Source of the DNA: Candidatus Spongiisociaceae bacterium
GTDB taxonomy: Bacteria > Actinomycetota > Acidimicrobiia > Spongiisociales > Spongiisociaceae
Length of the DNA stretch: 64,000 nucleotides
NCBI GenBank assembly: GCA_965262915.1
Contig: OZ253564.1
Location: 4,000,001 to 4,064,000 of the forward strand
Direction: 5' to 3'
A program made the translations under genes and the position numbers. The notes under the pieces are model-generated. The model was given only the letters and a program-made list of their open reading frames with translations, was not told the origin of the DNA and made no database searches. Below are positions 1-10,118 of this stretch, piece after piece; positions within the stretch are counted from its first letter, which is position 1; the number at the start of each line of letters is the position of its first letter.

Positions 1-26
1 GAGCCAGTGTACTCCCAGCCGTCGGT

Positions 27-146
27 CTCCCTCAAGCGGGCGCCTCTGTCGCTGGGAGCCGGGAAAGGAACCCGGGAATCGTCCCGCTCCCTCAAGCGGG
101 CGCCTCTGTCGCTGGGAGCCGGGAAAGGAACCCGGGAATCGTCCCG
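27..146. repeat. Perfect 60-bp tandem duplication (2 copies)
   Basis: CTCCCTCAAGCGGG...GAATCGTCCCG at 27-86 is repeated exactly at 87-146. Confidence 0.95.
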
Positions 147-251
147 ACGAGCATGCGTAGCGGGTCACCGCTAATCGGGTTCGACACTACTTGGAAGCTG
201 ACGGCCTTTCCAACTTAGTAAGCTGCCAACACACTCACATTCCGATGCAAG

Positions 252-503
252 GTGCAGGGCGAGGAGAGCGTCATCGGCGAGGTCCCATCCACCGCTGAGA
301 ACGTCGAGCGTCGCTTCTTTCGGCGGTTCGAGGGACCCGGGGTTGAAGCGGCGCATGACATGCTGCGCCACGAGCCGATTGATGCGATTCTCTTCGGTAC
401 GCCGTCCGGGGAGCAATGGTTGCCGCCATCGCGGACCGTACCGATGCCTTCTGCCCTGACGCAGTCGTCATACCACTGCACGTTGCGATCGTGCCGGTCG
501 TAG
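252..503 (+). pseudogene. Possible remnant of an Asp/Glu racemase / maleate isomerase family gene
   Basis: EAAHDMLRHEPIDAILFGTPSG loosely resembles the AAxxL...DAIxFGCTSG segment, but the catalytic Cys is absent and the ORF is short. Confidence 0.25.
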
Positions 504-555
504 TGACCCGGCTCGCGCTCGACTCTGGTTCGAGCCTGAAGGCCGGAGGCGGCCG

Positions 556-1311
556 ATGACCCCGATACCTGGCACCACCATCGTCAGCGGGGGTTCATCA
601 GGTATCGGCAAAGCGGTGGTCGAGGGACTGCTGGACCGTGGACGGCCTGTAGCAATCCTCGACATCGAACGCCCACCTGACGAGATGCTTGCCGGCGACC
701 AGGTCCTGTTCGTGGAATGCGACGTGGCAGACCCGGCCGGCGTTCATGATGCTGTTGCCGAGATAGCGAGTCGGGTGACGCGGATCGACGGTCTCGCCGC
801 CTGCGCAGGCATCGGCGGTGAGGCAGGGAGGCAAGCGATCGGCAGCGTAGGGTGGGACAGGGTCAGGGCCCTGGTCAACGTGAACCTCCTGGGTCAGTAC
901 TGGCTGCTGGAATCCTGTGCCGCCGCCATGACCGACGGCGCCGGCGGCTCGATCGTCCTCGTAGGTTCCGTGGTCTCGCGAAAGGGCATCGCCGGCATGG
1001 CGGCCTATAGCGCAGCCAAGGGGGGCGTCGAGAGCTTGACGAGGTCGGCCGCAGTGGAGTTGGCTGATCGCGGTATTCGCGTCAACTGCGTGCTTCCGGG
1101 CCCGATCTTGACGCCGATGTCACGAAGCGGGTTCGAGGCAGATGGGCTTTCGGTGGAGCAAGGAATCGAGCGGCTGGCAGCCGGGGTGCCGCTGAATAGG
1201 ATGGGGCAGCCGCAAGAAGTGGCTTCGGTGGTGTTGTTCCTTCTCGATAGCGCGTCGAGCTACATGACGGGAGCATCTGTCCCGGTAGACGGTGGTGCGA
1301 ACGCCGAATGA
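556..1311 (+). CDS. Short-chain dehydrogenase/reductase (SDR)
   Basis: SGGSSGIG Rossmann motif, YSAAK catalytic motif, IRVNCVLPG, C-terminal VDGG; GGAGG RBS upstream. Confidence 0.92.
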   Translation: MTPIPGTTIVSGGSSGIGKAVVEGLLDRGRPVAILDIERPPDEMLAGDQVLFVECDVADPAGVHDAVAEIASRVTRIDGLAACAGIGGEAGRQAIGSVGWDRVRALVNVNLLGQYWLLESCAAAMTDGAGGSIVLVGSVVSRKGIAGMAAYSAAKGGVESLTRSAAVELADRGIRVNCVLPGPILTPMSRSGFEADGLSVEQGIERLAAGVPLNRMGQPQEVASVVLFLLDSASSYMTGASVPVDGGANAE

Positions 1312-1370
1312 CACGATCGGTGGAGAGCGGATTGGCCGGAGCAGGCCTTCGTCGACGTTAGGAGCACAGA

Positions 1371-2201
1371 ATGAGAGTCATCGACTTCCGTATTCGACCC
1401 AACACGATCGAATACATGAAGCTCTATACGGGCCCGGGCTACGCCTTGCTGTGGCGCCGATTCGGCCTACCGGAGCCGGCACCCGTGCCTCTCGACTACT
1501 TCTCGAACGAGGCGCGTCAGCAGAGCGTAGAACTCGGTGTTTTCACGGGACGCAACAGCAGTTGGGCCCGCCTCAGCAACGACTACGTAAGGGAAACGGC
1601 AGCGGGGACCGGGGGGCTCCTGTTCACTGCCTACGGCATCGACCCACACTCTGCGGAGCGAGAGACGGAACTCGGCGCAGCAGCAAAGGATGCGAGGAAC
1701 ATCGGCATCGCTCTCGATCCTCCGGGCGACCCGATCGCCACCGAGCCGCTGGGGTGGGACGACGACGACGTCATGTTCCCGATATACGAGTTCGCAGCCG
1801 CCAACCGCCTCGTCGCCATCCTCACGGTCGGACCGTTTGTGGGACAGTTCTACGGAGACCCGGGACCATTCGAGCGGATCGCGCGGACCTTCCCTGATCT
1901 GCGCCTGGTCATCGCCCATGGCTGCTGGCCTCGCTCGGAGGAGTTAGTGGCTACCGCCTACCGGAACGACAACGTGTATCTCGAAGCGTCGATCTACGCT
2001 TTCCATCCCGGCGCCCACGTGTTCCGGGAAGCCGCAGGAACCCTGATCGCCGACAAGGTGGTCTACGCCAGCGCGTTTCCGTTCCAGCCACTCGACGCTT
2101 GGACGAGGTATGTGGGTCTCGGATGGCCCGAAGACTCGCTCCAGAAGATCCTGTCTGGCAATGCCCGGCGCCTGATCGAATACGCAGGCGGGCTCGCCTA
2201 A
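1371..2201 (+). CDS. Amidohydrolase family 2 (TIM-barrel metal hydrolase) protein
   Basis: VIDFRIRP N-terminus, FPDLRLVIAHGCWP, NVYLEAS, VVYASAFP, ILSGNARRL; AGGAG RBS. Confidence 0.85.
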   Translation: MRVIDFRIRPNTIEYMKLYTGPGYALLWRRFGLPEPAPVPLDYFSNEARQQSVELGVFTGRNSSWARLSNDYVRETAAGTGGLLFTAYGIDPHSAERETELGAAAKDARNIGIALDPPGDPIATEPLGWDDDDVMFPIYEFAAANRLVAILTVGPFVGQFYGDPGPFERIARTFPDLRLVIAHGCWPRSEELVATAYRNDNVYLEASIYAFHPGAHVFREAAGTLIADKVVYASAFPFQPLDAWTRYVGLGWPEDSLQKILSGNARRLIEYAGGLA

Positions 2202-2205
2202 GAAC

Positions 2206-2985
2206 GTGCGTGTCGAGGGTGCCGACACCGCATCGGTCCACCCCAAGGCTCCACGAGTCGTCATAGTCACCGGCGCTCTCGGCGGCGTGGGCAGAGCCAT
2301 CTGCGATGCGTTGGAGGCGACCGGCTGGACGGTTGCCGGTCTGGATCGGCCCGACGTGATCGAATCCCGGACCGACCATGCTTTTCCGGGGTTGCTGCTG
2401 GGGACGGACATCACCTCGATGCCCGATCTCGAGTCTGCATTCACTGCGGTTGCTCGGATGGCAGGCACGCCGACGGCCCTGGTCAACTGCGCCGGCGTAT
2501 CGATGGATGAGCAGCTTGTCGACATGTCATTCGAGCATTTGCGCAAAACGATCGAGGTGAACCTCGTTGCTGCAATAGCCGCTATGAGCCTGTTCGCAAG
2601 ACATTGGACCGCCGGCGAGAGCGAGCGACCGGTCGGCGACACAGGCGCAATCGTCAACCTTGCCAGCTTGTCGGCGTACGGAACCAACGCCGGTCAGGCA
2701 GCGTATGCATCATCGAAGGCGGGGCTGGTTGCCGCCACACGCGTCGCTGCGAACGAACTCGGGCCGCTGGGAGTGAGAGTCAACGCCATCCTTCCGTCCT
2801 TTGTCTCGACACCGCTCACCGCGGGGGCCACCGACGAAGCCCGCACCAGTCTGCTTTCTCGCACCCCCCTCGGGAGATTCCCACAGGTCGAGGAGGTGGC
2901 TGCCACTGTGCGATGGCTCCTGTCGCCGGATTCGAGCTATGTATCGGGGGCCGAGCTCAGGGTGTCCGGCGGTCGGCTGTTCTGA
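2206..2985 (+). CDS. SDR family oxidoreductase (FabG-like)
   Basis: TGALGGVG, LVNCAG, YASSK, VRVNAILP, TPLGR motifs. Confidence 0.9.
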   Translation: MRVEGADTASVHPKAPRVVIVTGALGGVGRAICDALEATGWTVAGLDRPDVIESRTDHAFPGLLLGTDITSMPDLESAFTAVARMAGTPTALVNCAGVSMDEQLVDMSFEHLRKTIEVNLVAAIAAMSLFARHWTAGESERPVGDTGAIVNLASLSAYGTNAGQAAYASSKAGLVAATRVAANELGPLGVRVNAILPSFVSTPLTAGATDEARTSLLSRTPLGRFPQVEEVAATVRWLLSPDSSYVSGAELRVSGGRLF

Positions 2986-3038
2986 GTGCTCGGCGTCGGG
3001 GTCGTGTCCGATCGCGACGAACGCGGCGGAGGCCTCGG

Positions 3039-4061
3039 CTAACGGGCCGGCTCGGCCTTCCAACACCGCACCGATCTTCCGCCTGTGGTAACGAGATCCT
3101 GGGGTCCCGAGCATCGCGCTTCGGCGAGCGGGCAACGGGGAGCGAGACGGCAACCGGTCGGGACGACAGATGCATCCCGGACGTCGACTGCGAGTTCGAG
3201 CGGCTCGGCTGGATCCGGCAAGCTGCTCGCCGTCAGCAGCGCCCGCGTGTAGGGATGCGCGGGCCGCGCCACGATGTCAAGGGCACTCCCTTCCTCGACG
3301 ATCTGGCCGAGGTAGATCACCAGGATTCGGTCGGCGACATACGAGATGACATCGAGGTCATGGCTCACCAGGATCATCGAAAGCCCCATCGACTCGCGAA
3401 GCCCGGTGAGCAGGTTGAGAATCTCGCCTCTAACCGAGACGTCGAGCGACGAGGTCGGCTCATCGAGGAAGACGATGTCCGGTCGGGTGATGAGCGCTCG
3501 TCCGATGGAGAGTCGCTGAAGCTGACCACCGCTGAGCTCGTGTGGATATCGGTCCAAGTGTTGGGCGCCGAGACCCACTGACATCACCGCCCTTTCCAGA
3601 GCGTCACTTACCGGCTCCCCTGTTACCTCCTTGGCGAGCCGGGCGTTGTAGCGCAGCGCGGCGCCGACACGTCGCGCCGGGTTGAAGGCGCCTCGCGGAC
3701 TCTGGTAAACGAATTGCACCTGGCGTCGTTGGTCAGGCGTTCGCGTGCCGTGAGCGAGGTCCAGTGGTTGACCGCCTACCTCGGCGCGTCCGACGTCAGT
3801 TGTCTCCACACCTGCAATGACCTTGCCAAGCGTAGATTTGCCGCACCCGCTCTCGCCGACGACACCGAGTACCTCCCTGGCTCGGAGGCCGAACGAGAGG
3901 TCTGAAAGCGCTTGATAGCCCTTGCTCGATCCGATGAGCCGTTTGGAGGTGTAGGTCTTGGACAACCCCCCGACGCTCAAGACGAGCCGTTCGGATACGC
4001 CTCCCGCATCCGTGTCGCGAGGATCGTCGTACGACCCGGTCGGAGCCTTACGATGAGTCAC
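3039..4061 (-). CDS. Peptide/opine/nickel ABC transporter ATP-binding subunit (DppF/OppF-like)
   Basis: Walker [31 protein letters not shown] and C-terminal Cys cluster. Confidence 0.93.
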   Translation of the reverse strand: MTHRKAPTGSYDDPRDTDAGGVSERLVLSVGGLSKTYTSKRLIGSSKGYQALSDLSFGLRAREVLGVVGESGCGKSTLGKVIAGVETTDVGRAEVGGQPLDLAHGTRTPDQRRQVQFVYQSPRGAFNPARRVGAALRYNARLAKEVTGEPVSDALERAVMSVGLGAQHLDRYPHELSGGQLQRLSIGRALITRPDIVFLDEPTSSLDVSVRGEILNLLTGLRESMGLSMILVSHDLDVISYVADRILVIYLGQIVEEGSALDIVARPAHPYTRALLTASSLPDPAEPLELAVDVRDASVVPTGCRLAPRCPLAEARCSGPQDLVTTGGRSVRCWKAEPAR

Positions 4062-5041
4062 GCTGACCCCATGTCAGCCGCGTCGGACATCTGCGTCAAA
4101 GGGAACAAGCACCGGACGAAACCGTCCGCAGAGGGCTCCTGAGTCAGAACGGTATCCGAGCATGCCGCCTGCGCCTCACTACACCGGGGACAGTAGGGGC
4201 AGGTTTGGATGACCTCCGCGATGGAGGGAAGTGTGCCGGGGATCGAGTAGGCGGCTTCGCGTCGAGTTAGCACGCTGCTGCGCACGAGATCCCGAGAGTA
4301 TGGGTGCGTCGGCTCGCTCAGGATATCGGCGATCAGTCCGTGCTCGACCGATTGGCCGGCGTACATCACGGTCACGCTATCAGCCAGCCGTTTCACCACC
4401 CCCAGATCGTGAGAGATGAGGATCAGGCTCGCACCGGAGCTATCGAGATACTCCTCGATCAGGTTGAGAACCTGGACCTCGGTGGTGACGTCCAGCGATG
4501 TCGTCGGCTCGTCGGCGATGAGCAGATCCGGTTTGGGCGCCAGAGCCATCGCGATGGCGACACGCTGGCACATCCCGCCGCTCAACTGATGCGGGTACTT
4601 TCGGGCGACTTCTTGGGGCACTGGGATGTGCAGCGAGCCAAGCAATTCAACTGCAGTGCGCCTCCGGTCGGCCTTGGCGACGCCGGCACCGGCTAACGCT
4701 CTCCCGATTTGTATCCCGATTCGTGCCATGGGGTCCAGAACAGAAACGGGGTCCTGGAAGATCATGGCGACACGCCCGCCACGGACATCGTCCGGGAATA
4801 CTTCGCCGAGGTCGAACTCGCCCAGCAGCGTAGCGGATCCTCGATCTAGCACCGCGTTGCGAGGTAGTAGCCCGGTGAGCAACCTTGCGGTCAGGCTCTT
4901 CCCGCAGCCCGACTCACCCACGAGTGCTGTTCGATCGCCGGTGCCGACCGACAGATCCACGTTCTGAACCGGATAGAGGGGAGGTAGGCCTTTTCGATCG
5001 ATCCGGATCCCGGCCCCGGACAGCGAGACGACGTCACACAT
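4058..5041 (-). CDS. Peptide/opine/nickel ABC transporter ATP-binding subunit (DppD/OppD-like)
   Basis: [29 protein letters not shown]; 4-bp overlap with the next gene. Confidence 0.93.
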   Translation of the reverse strand: MCDVVSLSGAGIRIDRKGLPPLYPVQNVDLSVGTGDRTALVGESGCGKSLTARLLTGLLPRNAVLDRGSATLLGEFDLGEVFPDDVRGGRVAMIFQDPVSVLDPMARIGIQIGRALAGAGVAKADRRRTAVELLGSLHIPVPQEVARKYPHQLSGGMCQRVAIAMALAPKPDLLIADEPTTSLDVTTEVQVLNLIEEYLDSSGASLILISHDLGVVKRLADSVTVMYAGQSVEHGLIADILSEPTHPYSRDLVRSSVLTRREAAYSIPGTLPSIAEVIQTCPYCPRCSEAQAACSDTVLTQEPSADGFVRCLFPLTQMSDAADMGSA

Positions 5042-5089
5042 CCTCAGGCTCTGTCCCGATGGCTTCGGATTGTCATAGAGGCCCTCCTT

Positions 5090-5983
5090 CTATGTGATGC
5101 CGCGAGTCTCGGCATCGAAGAACCGCGAGAGGCTGTGGAGGCTGATCACGACGAGCACGACCGCGACGCCCGGGAAGGTAGACACCCACCATGCACCCTG
5201 GAGCAGGAAGGGTGCGCCGGTGTTGATCATGGATCCCCACTCGGGGAAGGGCGGCTTGACGCCCAGACCGATGAAGGCGAGGGCAGCGATGACCTGAATC
5301 GCCAGGGCGGTGCTGAGAGCGAAAAGGCCGAGCACTTGGCTCGTTGCGTTGGGAAGGAGTTCCATGACAACGATGCGGGGGCCGCTTGCGCCGGCGTTTT
5401 GCAGTGCTTTGACGAACTCCGCTTCTCGAAGGGGGGCGATCACGCTTCGCACGACGCGGGCGTACCAGGGCAGGCTGATGGATGCCATAACTACGACGAG
5501 ATTGAAAGTGTTGTCGCCAAGTGCTGCGAACAGGGCCAATGCGAACAGAAAGAGCGGGAACGACTGGAGCACTTCGATGCCCTTCTGGACGACTGCATCG
5601 AGCCACCCGCCGGTGTATGCGACGGTGGCGCCGAGGATGGAGCCGCCGACGGCGCCGACCGTAACCCCAGCAACGGCGACACCAACGTCGAGGCGAGTAG
5701 CCGTGATCACGCGAGAGAACACGTCCATGCCGAAACCGTCTGTCCCGAACCAATGGCTACGTGACGGGGCCTCGAGAACGTTGGCCGGGGTGGGCTGTAG
5801 CGGATCGTGCGGGACGATCGCCGGGCCGATCAGTATCAGCAGGAGGGTGATGCCTAACATGATGGTCGGCAGCCGAGGCAGCTTCTTCATCCAGACAGCG
5901 GCCTTCGCAAGCCTGCTACGAAGCGGATGCGTATCCCGTCGGTCAGCCGTCATTCGCGTGCTCATCGCTATGGAAAGTGGCAC
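5090..5983 (-). CDS. Peptide ABC transporter permease (DppC-like)
   Basis: HWFGTDGFGMDVFSR, EAA-like loop, PEWGSMI, multiple TM segments. Confidence 0.92.
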   Translation of the reverse strand: MPLSIAMSTRMTADRRDTHPLRSRLAKAAVWMKKLPRLPTIMLGITLLLILIGPAIVPHDPLQPTPANVLEAPSRSHWFGTDGFGMDVFSRVITATRLDVGVAVAGVTVGAVGGSILGATVAYTGGWLDAVVQKGIEVLQSFPLFLFALALFAALGDNTFNLVVVMASISLPWYARVVRSVIAPLREAEFVKALQNAGASGPRIVVMELLPNATSQVLGLFALSTALAIQVIAALAFIGLGVKPPFPEWGSMINTGAPFLLQGAWWVSTFPGVAVVLVVISLHSLSRFFDAETRGIT

Positions 5984-6028
5984 CAGATGCTCTCACCGGA
6001 GCACACTGAGCCGTAGCTGTGCTTCGCA

Positions 6029-7129
6029 TCACCGGGAGATCCGCAGACGCGGATCCATGGCGAAGGTGACCAGGTCGGCGATCTGGTACACGAGCACGTA
6101 CGCAACCGCGGCGAGGAGCACGACGCCCATCACGGGGTTGTAATCGGCGCTGTCCATCGCGGCCACCGCATACGACCCGATGCCGGGCCAGGAGAAGACG
6201 ACCTCGACGAGCACCGCGCCGCCTATCAGGAAGCCGATGGTGATCGCCAAAATGTTGATGACCGGCGCGGCAATGTTGGGGAGAAGCAGCCTCCTTTCCA
6301 CCACCCGCCTCGAGACCCCGAACGACAACGCAGCTTCGTAGTAGGCGGAATTTACGACACTGACCGTGGCGTTGCGCGTCACGTTGAGGATCGGCGGCAT
6401 CACCCCCGACGCCAGAGTGACGGCCGGTAACAGAAGATACCGGATGGAGTCGAGTGCCGCCGCCCAGTCGGCCGCGAGTACGGCATCGACGGTGACGATA
6501 CCGGTGACCGGTTCGGCTGCAAGGGCCGCCGGCCCGCGCCCTGTGGGTGCGGGGAACCAGTCGAGCCAGTAGAAGCCCAAGTAAATGAGCATCAGGCCCA
6601 GCCAGAAGTTTGGTATCGCTGCGCCAAGCTGCGCGAAGGGCCCGACAAGGCGATCGAGCCAGCCGTCGGGTCGCAATCCGACCCGGATGCCCGAAGGGAT
6701 CGCCACAAGCAATGACAACAACAAGGCAGCACCCGCCAACTCGACCGTCGCCGGAAGCCGTGCCAGGATCTCTCCGCCGACGGGCGCGAAGGTCCGTCTC
6801 GAGATCCCCATGTCGCCGGTTACGAGATCCGCCATGTATGACGCCCACTGGCGATACATCGGTTGATCGAGACCCATCTCGGCGCGCCGAGCGGCGATGA
6901 TCTCTTCGGTCGCGTCCTGGCCCACCATCAGGAAGGAAGGGTCTGCTGTAGCCCGACTCACGACGAAGGTGAGCGTTGCGACGAGCAGCAACACCACGAC
7001 GAGACCTGCCAGCTTCCTGGTGACGTATAGCAGCACGCCGGCGCGGGTGCTCGGTGTCGGTTCGCCCGTACCCGACGGAGGGGTGGCCGAGCCGTCCCCG
7101 TCGAACTCCGTCGCTGTCGACCCGGCCAC
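6029..7129 (-). CDS. Peptide ABC transporter permease (DppB-like)
   Basis: GLDQP, GDMGIS, RLPATVELA, PNFWLG, EVVFSWPGIG, DYNPVMG. Confidence 0.92.
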   Translation of the reverse strand: MAGSTATEFDGDGSATPPSGTGEPTPSTRAGVLLYVTRKLAGLVVVLLLVATLTFVVSRATADPSFLMVGQDATEEIIAARRAEMGLDQPMYRQWASYMADLVTGDMGISRRTFAPVGGEILARLPATVELAGAALLLSLLVAIPSGIRVGLRPDGWLDRLVGPFAQLGAAIPNFWLGLMLIYLGFYWLDWFPAPTGRGPAALAAEPVTGIVTVDAVLAADWAAALDSIRYLLLPAVTLASGVMPPILNVTRNATVSVVNSAYYEAALSFGVSRRVVERRLLLPNIAAPVINILAITIGFLIGGAVLVEVVFSWPGIGSYAVAAMDSADYNPVMGVVLLAAVAYVLVYQIADLVTFAMDPRLRISR

Positions 7130-7213
7130 CCGCTGACCTCCCTGTCGTTGGCTACCTGCTCGAGATCCGTCCTTGCCGAACTCTTCGGAACCTCTACGCC
7201 GTCACGATGGCCC

Positions 7214-8983
7214 CTACCCGTCAGCCCTGTAGAGCGCTCCCCATATCGGCAGCTCGTCTGGTTCGTGCACGTAGCCTAGGAGACCCTTCGCCAAAGCGAC
7301 TTGGGTTGCGCCACCTGCGATCCACACCTCCGGAGCATCGTTGATGATGATCTCCATCGCCTCTCGGGCGAGAGGCTCCTGGACGGCCCTATCGGTCTCA
7401 GCTTTGAGCTGCGCGACGATCTCATCGATACGAGGGTTGGTGTATTGCGTCCAGTTGATGACCGACTTGGTCCTCCACCAGAGATTGAAGTGGAAGAACG
7501 GCTCATCGACGAAGTCGTTGAGCCAGCCACGCAGATACGCATCCCCGGTCGCCTTACCCATGGCTTCGGCGAGTACGGCGCCTGTCGCCCGCTCGATGTC
7601 CATGGTGACACCGATCTTCTGGTACTCGGACCGCAGGAATGTGGCGATCTCATCGACCAAAGTGTTTCCCTGCGGGATCATGAGGGTGAACTCGAACCCG
7701 TCGGCAAGACCTGCTTCTGCGAGCAATGCCTTCGCTTTGTCGAGATCGTAGGAGTACTTCTGCAGAGCGCCGAAGTTGAAGTCCTGGTAGTAGTTCGAGT
7801 TCGGTGACACCGGGCTCCCCAGATGCACACCTGTGCCCTGCAGGATGTCGTTGAGGATCGTCTCGTGCGGAACGGCGTAGTTGAGCGCCTGCCTCACCAT
7901 CCGGTTGTCGAAGGGCGGAACCTCGTTGTTCAAAATGAGCCGCAGGGTCCGCCGGCCCGGGATCTTGAGGACGTTGGCGGTGCCTGATTCATCGAGGCGT
8001 GCCAGCTGGCGTTCGTCGAGGTCCATCGCTATGTCAACCTCGCCGCGTTCGAGTAGCAGAACGCGGTTGCTGGCATCAGGAATGACCAGGAGCTCGACCC
8101 GGTCGAAGTAGGGATCGTCCCACGCCCATGCCGGGTTGGCCTCGAATACGATCCGCTGCCCGCGATCCCACTCAGCAAGCCGGTAGACGCCGTGGCCCGC
8201 GTAGTTCTGAGCGATCCATTCGTTCCCGCAGGGATCCTCCTCGGTGATGTGCGGCTTGATCGCCTCGGAGTCGAGTATCACTGCGACCTGCGCCCGGAGC
8301 TGGTTTTCGATGATGGGCGACGGTACCTCGAGCGTGACCCTGATCGTGTAGTCGTCGATCTTCTCCACCTGGTCGGTTGACAGCACGCCGTACGAGTTCG
8401 AGTTGAACATGGTGCTCGCCTTGGCACAGAACGCCCGCTCGTAGAACCACAGGAAGTCGTCGGCCGTCATCTCGTTACCGGTTGAGGGGAAGATGGTCCC
8501 CTGCCGGATGTGCATGGTCACCACTCGACCGCCATCCGAGTACTCCATTCGCTCCACAGCCCGGCCGATCCGGGTCGCGGTGTTGGCCATGGCGAACTCG
8601 CCCACCTCTCCGGCGGGTGGCTCGTAGAAGAGGAACTGGGCGTAGATGTTCTTCAACGTCATGTTCGTGAGCGTGTTCTGCCCGAAGATGGGGTCGATCG
8701 ACGGAAGATCGCCCGAGACTGCGATGCGCAGCGTCCGGACTTCGTCATCACCACCGGCCGCGGTGGTGGCTTCCTCCGTGGCGCTCGTTGTTTCCGGTGC
8801 GGCGCTCGTTGTTTCCGGTGCGGCACTCGTCGTTTCCGGCGCGGCACTCGTCGTTTCCGGCGCAGCGCTCGTTGTCGCGGGAGCGTCGTCCGCGGTGTCG
8901 GAGCCGCATGCACTGAACACGAGTGCTAGGGCCACCGCCGCCGCTGCACCTGTGATCAGCCTCGCTCGCCTTGATCTCTCCAT
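7214..8983 (-). CDS. Family 5 ABC substrate-binding lipoprotein
   Basis: Lipobox FSAC, Thr/Ala/Pro linker, PFDNRMVRQALNYA, YDLDKAKALLAEAG; GGAGGAGA RBS. Confidence 0.92.
   Translation of the reverse strand: MERSRRARLITGAAAAVALALVFSACGSDTADDAPATTSAAPETTSAAPETTSAAPETTSAAPETTSATEEATTAAGGDDEVRTLRIAVSGDLPSIDPIFGQNTLTNMTLKNIYAQFLFYEPPAGEVGEFAMANTATRIGRAVERMEYSDGGRVVTMHIRQGTIFPSTGNEMTADDFLWFYERAFCAKASTMFNSNSYGVLSTDQVEKIDDYTIRVTLEVPSPIIENQLRAQVAVILDSEAIKPHITEEDPCGNEWIAQNYAGHGVYRLAEWDRGQRIVFEANPAWAWDDPYFDRVELLVIPDASNRVLLLERGEVDIAMDLDERQLARLDESGTANVLKIPGRRTLRLILNNEVPPFDNRMVRQALNYAVPHETILNDILQGTGVHLGSPVSPNSNYYQDFNFGALQKYSYDLDKAKALLAEAGLADGFEFTLMIPQGNTLVDEIATFLRSEYQKIGVTMDIERATGAVLAEAMGKATGDAYLRGWLNDFVDEPFFHFNLWWRTKSVINWTQYTNPRIDEIVAQLKAETDRAVQEPLAREAMEIIINDAPEVWIAGGATQVALAKGLLGYVHEPDELPIWGALYRADG
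8781..8880. repeat. 21-bp coding tandem repeat (TTSAAPE linker, ~4.5 copies)
   Basis: GCGCTCGTTGTTTCCGGTGCG-like units in the SBP N-terminal linker. Confidence 0.9.
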
Positions 8984-9024
8984 GGTCTCTCTCCTCCAGC
9001 GTTGGACTCTTGGTCTGACGTTTC

Positions 9025-9219
9025 TCAGTGCCTACGACGCGTACTGACACTCGCGGTTAGGACCGCGGTTTCGGGTGACCGGTCGGCGGGTCCCCCCAAA
9101 CCGCTGACGAGGTCCTCGGAAATGGAGAGAACCCCCGAAAGGGTGAAGGGCTTGCCGGGGGATTGCGCAACCGGTTCGATGAAGGTTCCGCCGATGTCGA
9201 TCGCAACTCTGTGACGCAC
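9025..9219 (-). pseudogene. N-terminal remnant of a hydantoinase A / 5-oxoprolinase family gene
   Basis: MRHRVAIDIGGTF matches the family N-terminal IDIGGTFTD motif; VLSISEDLVSG resembles the following KVxSTPxD segment; only 64 aa. Confidence 0.55.
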
Positions 9220-9562
9220 GGGGGATCTCCAAGCGCTTTACAGAACCATATACGGGGGTTCACCCGGTGTCAAAAAGCGCACAGTGATACGGAGAGCGCA
9301 CAACTGGGTGGAGTTCAATGACACCGGGCAAATGTGGTGGATAGTTGCACGTGGTAACCCGACTCCGACTTCACGATGTCTCTCATCAACCGAGAAGCGA
9401 CGTACGTTCTTCAACTGGGGGCATGGACCTGATACGAGTTGCGACCCTCCGTCTAGCCTCTACGACCGGAGCGGGGGGTAGACCCCGGCTAAGGGGGAGA
9501 GAAGAGTTAAGGTGTCTCCGGTGTACGGGACAACACGGGAGAGTCTGGATTGAGTCGCGGTG

Positions 9563-9950
9563 CTAGGGAGAACCGTGCCGGCTTGAGTGGGGGGGGCGGA
9601 TGGCCCCTTCGTCGTTGGGAACCGGCCGGGAGAACAACCGCTCGCCGCCAGTGGTCAGCGCACACACGAAATGTTTGCCCTTGGCTACATCTATACCGAC
9701 GACAACGTCAGCAGCGAACTGCGAGCGATCCTGCATTTGCAGATTCCTTTCTCAGAATTGTACGAAACGCTGCTCACAGGCACCGGCGCCTCAACCACTT
9801 TACGAACCAGCCTCACAACTTCGGTGCATGTCCCCCTCAGAGATCACAGGCACCCAACCACGGCGGGTGACATCACCCCCCAGGCCACCGGCTGCAGAAG
9901 GGCGAGATCAGTCCCTGGTCGGCAGGAGTCGACGTATCGATGAAGCTCTC
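9563..9950 (-). mobile_element. Truncated IS110-family element: non-coding left end plus first ~47 transposase codons
   Basis: Short ORF 9736->9563 absent from the ORF track (MQDRSQFAADVVVGIDVAKGKHFVCALTTGGERLFSRPVPNDEGAIR...) with AGAAAGGA RBS; GIDVAKxxH is the IS110 DEDD N-terminus; ~210 bp of non-coding sequence upstream. Outer boundary approximate. Confidence 0.8.
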
Positions 9951-9967
9951 TGACCTCTGACCACCGG

Positions 9968-10024
9968 TTAGCAATCGTAGCCGGAGGCTGCTAACGTCTG
10001 GCACTCGTAAGGTACGAGTGCCAA
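9968..10024 (+). promoter_or_regulatory. Two tandem CIRCE (HrcA operator) elements upstream of groES
   Basis: TTAGCAATC-N9-GGCTGCTAA (9968-9994) and CTGGCACTC-N9-GAGTGCCAA (9998-10024) versus consensus TTAGCACTC-N9-GAGTGCTAA. Confidence 0.9.
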
Positions 10025-10118
10025 TCCAGGTGCCGTGGGAGACTACTGGTTTCTGGTGATGCCCGATCGGGCGGTTGGCGCTTTGTACGCATAGTCACCT
10101 GTTTAAGGAGGACTTCGG

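Noticed and set aside
27-146. CRISPR array
   Set aside because: Repeats are contiguous with no spacers, and no cas genes are in the window.
9587-9953. Plus-strand ORFs of 117-118 aa
   Set aside because: Shadows of the minus-strand IS110 remnant.
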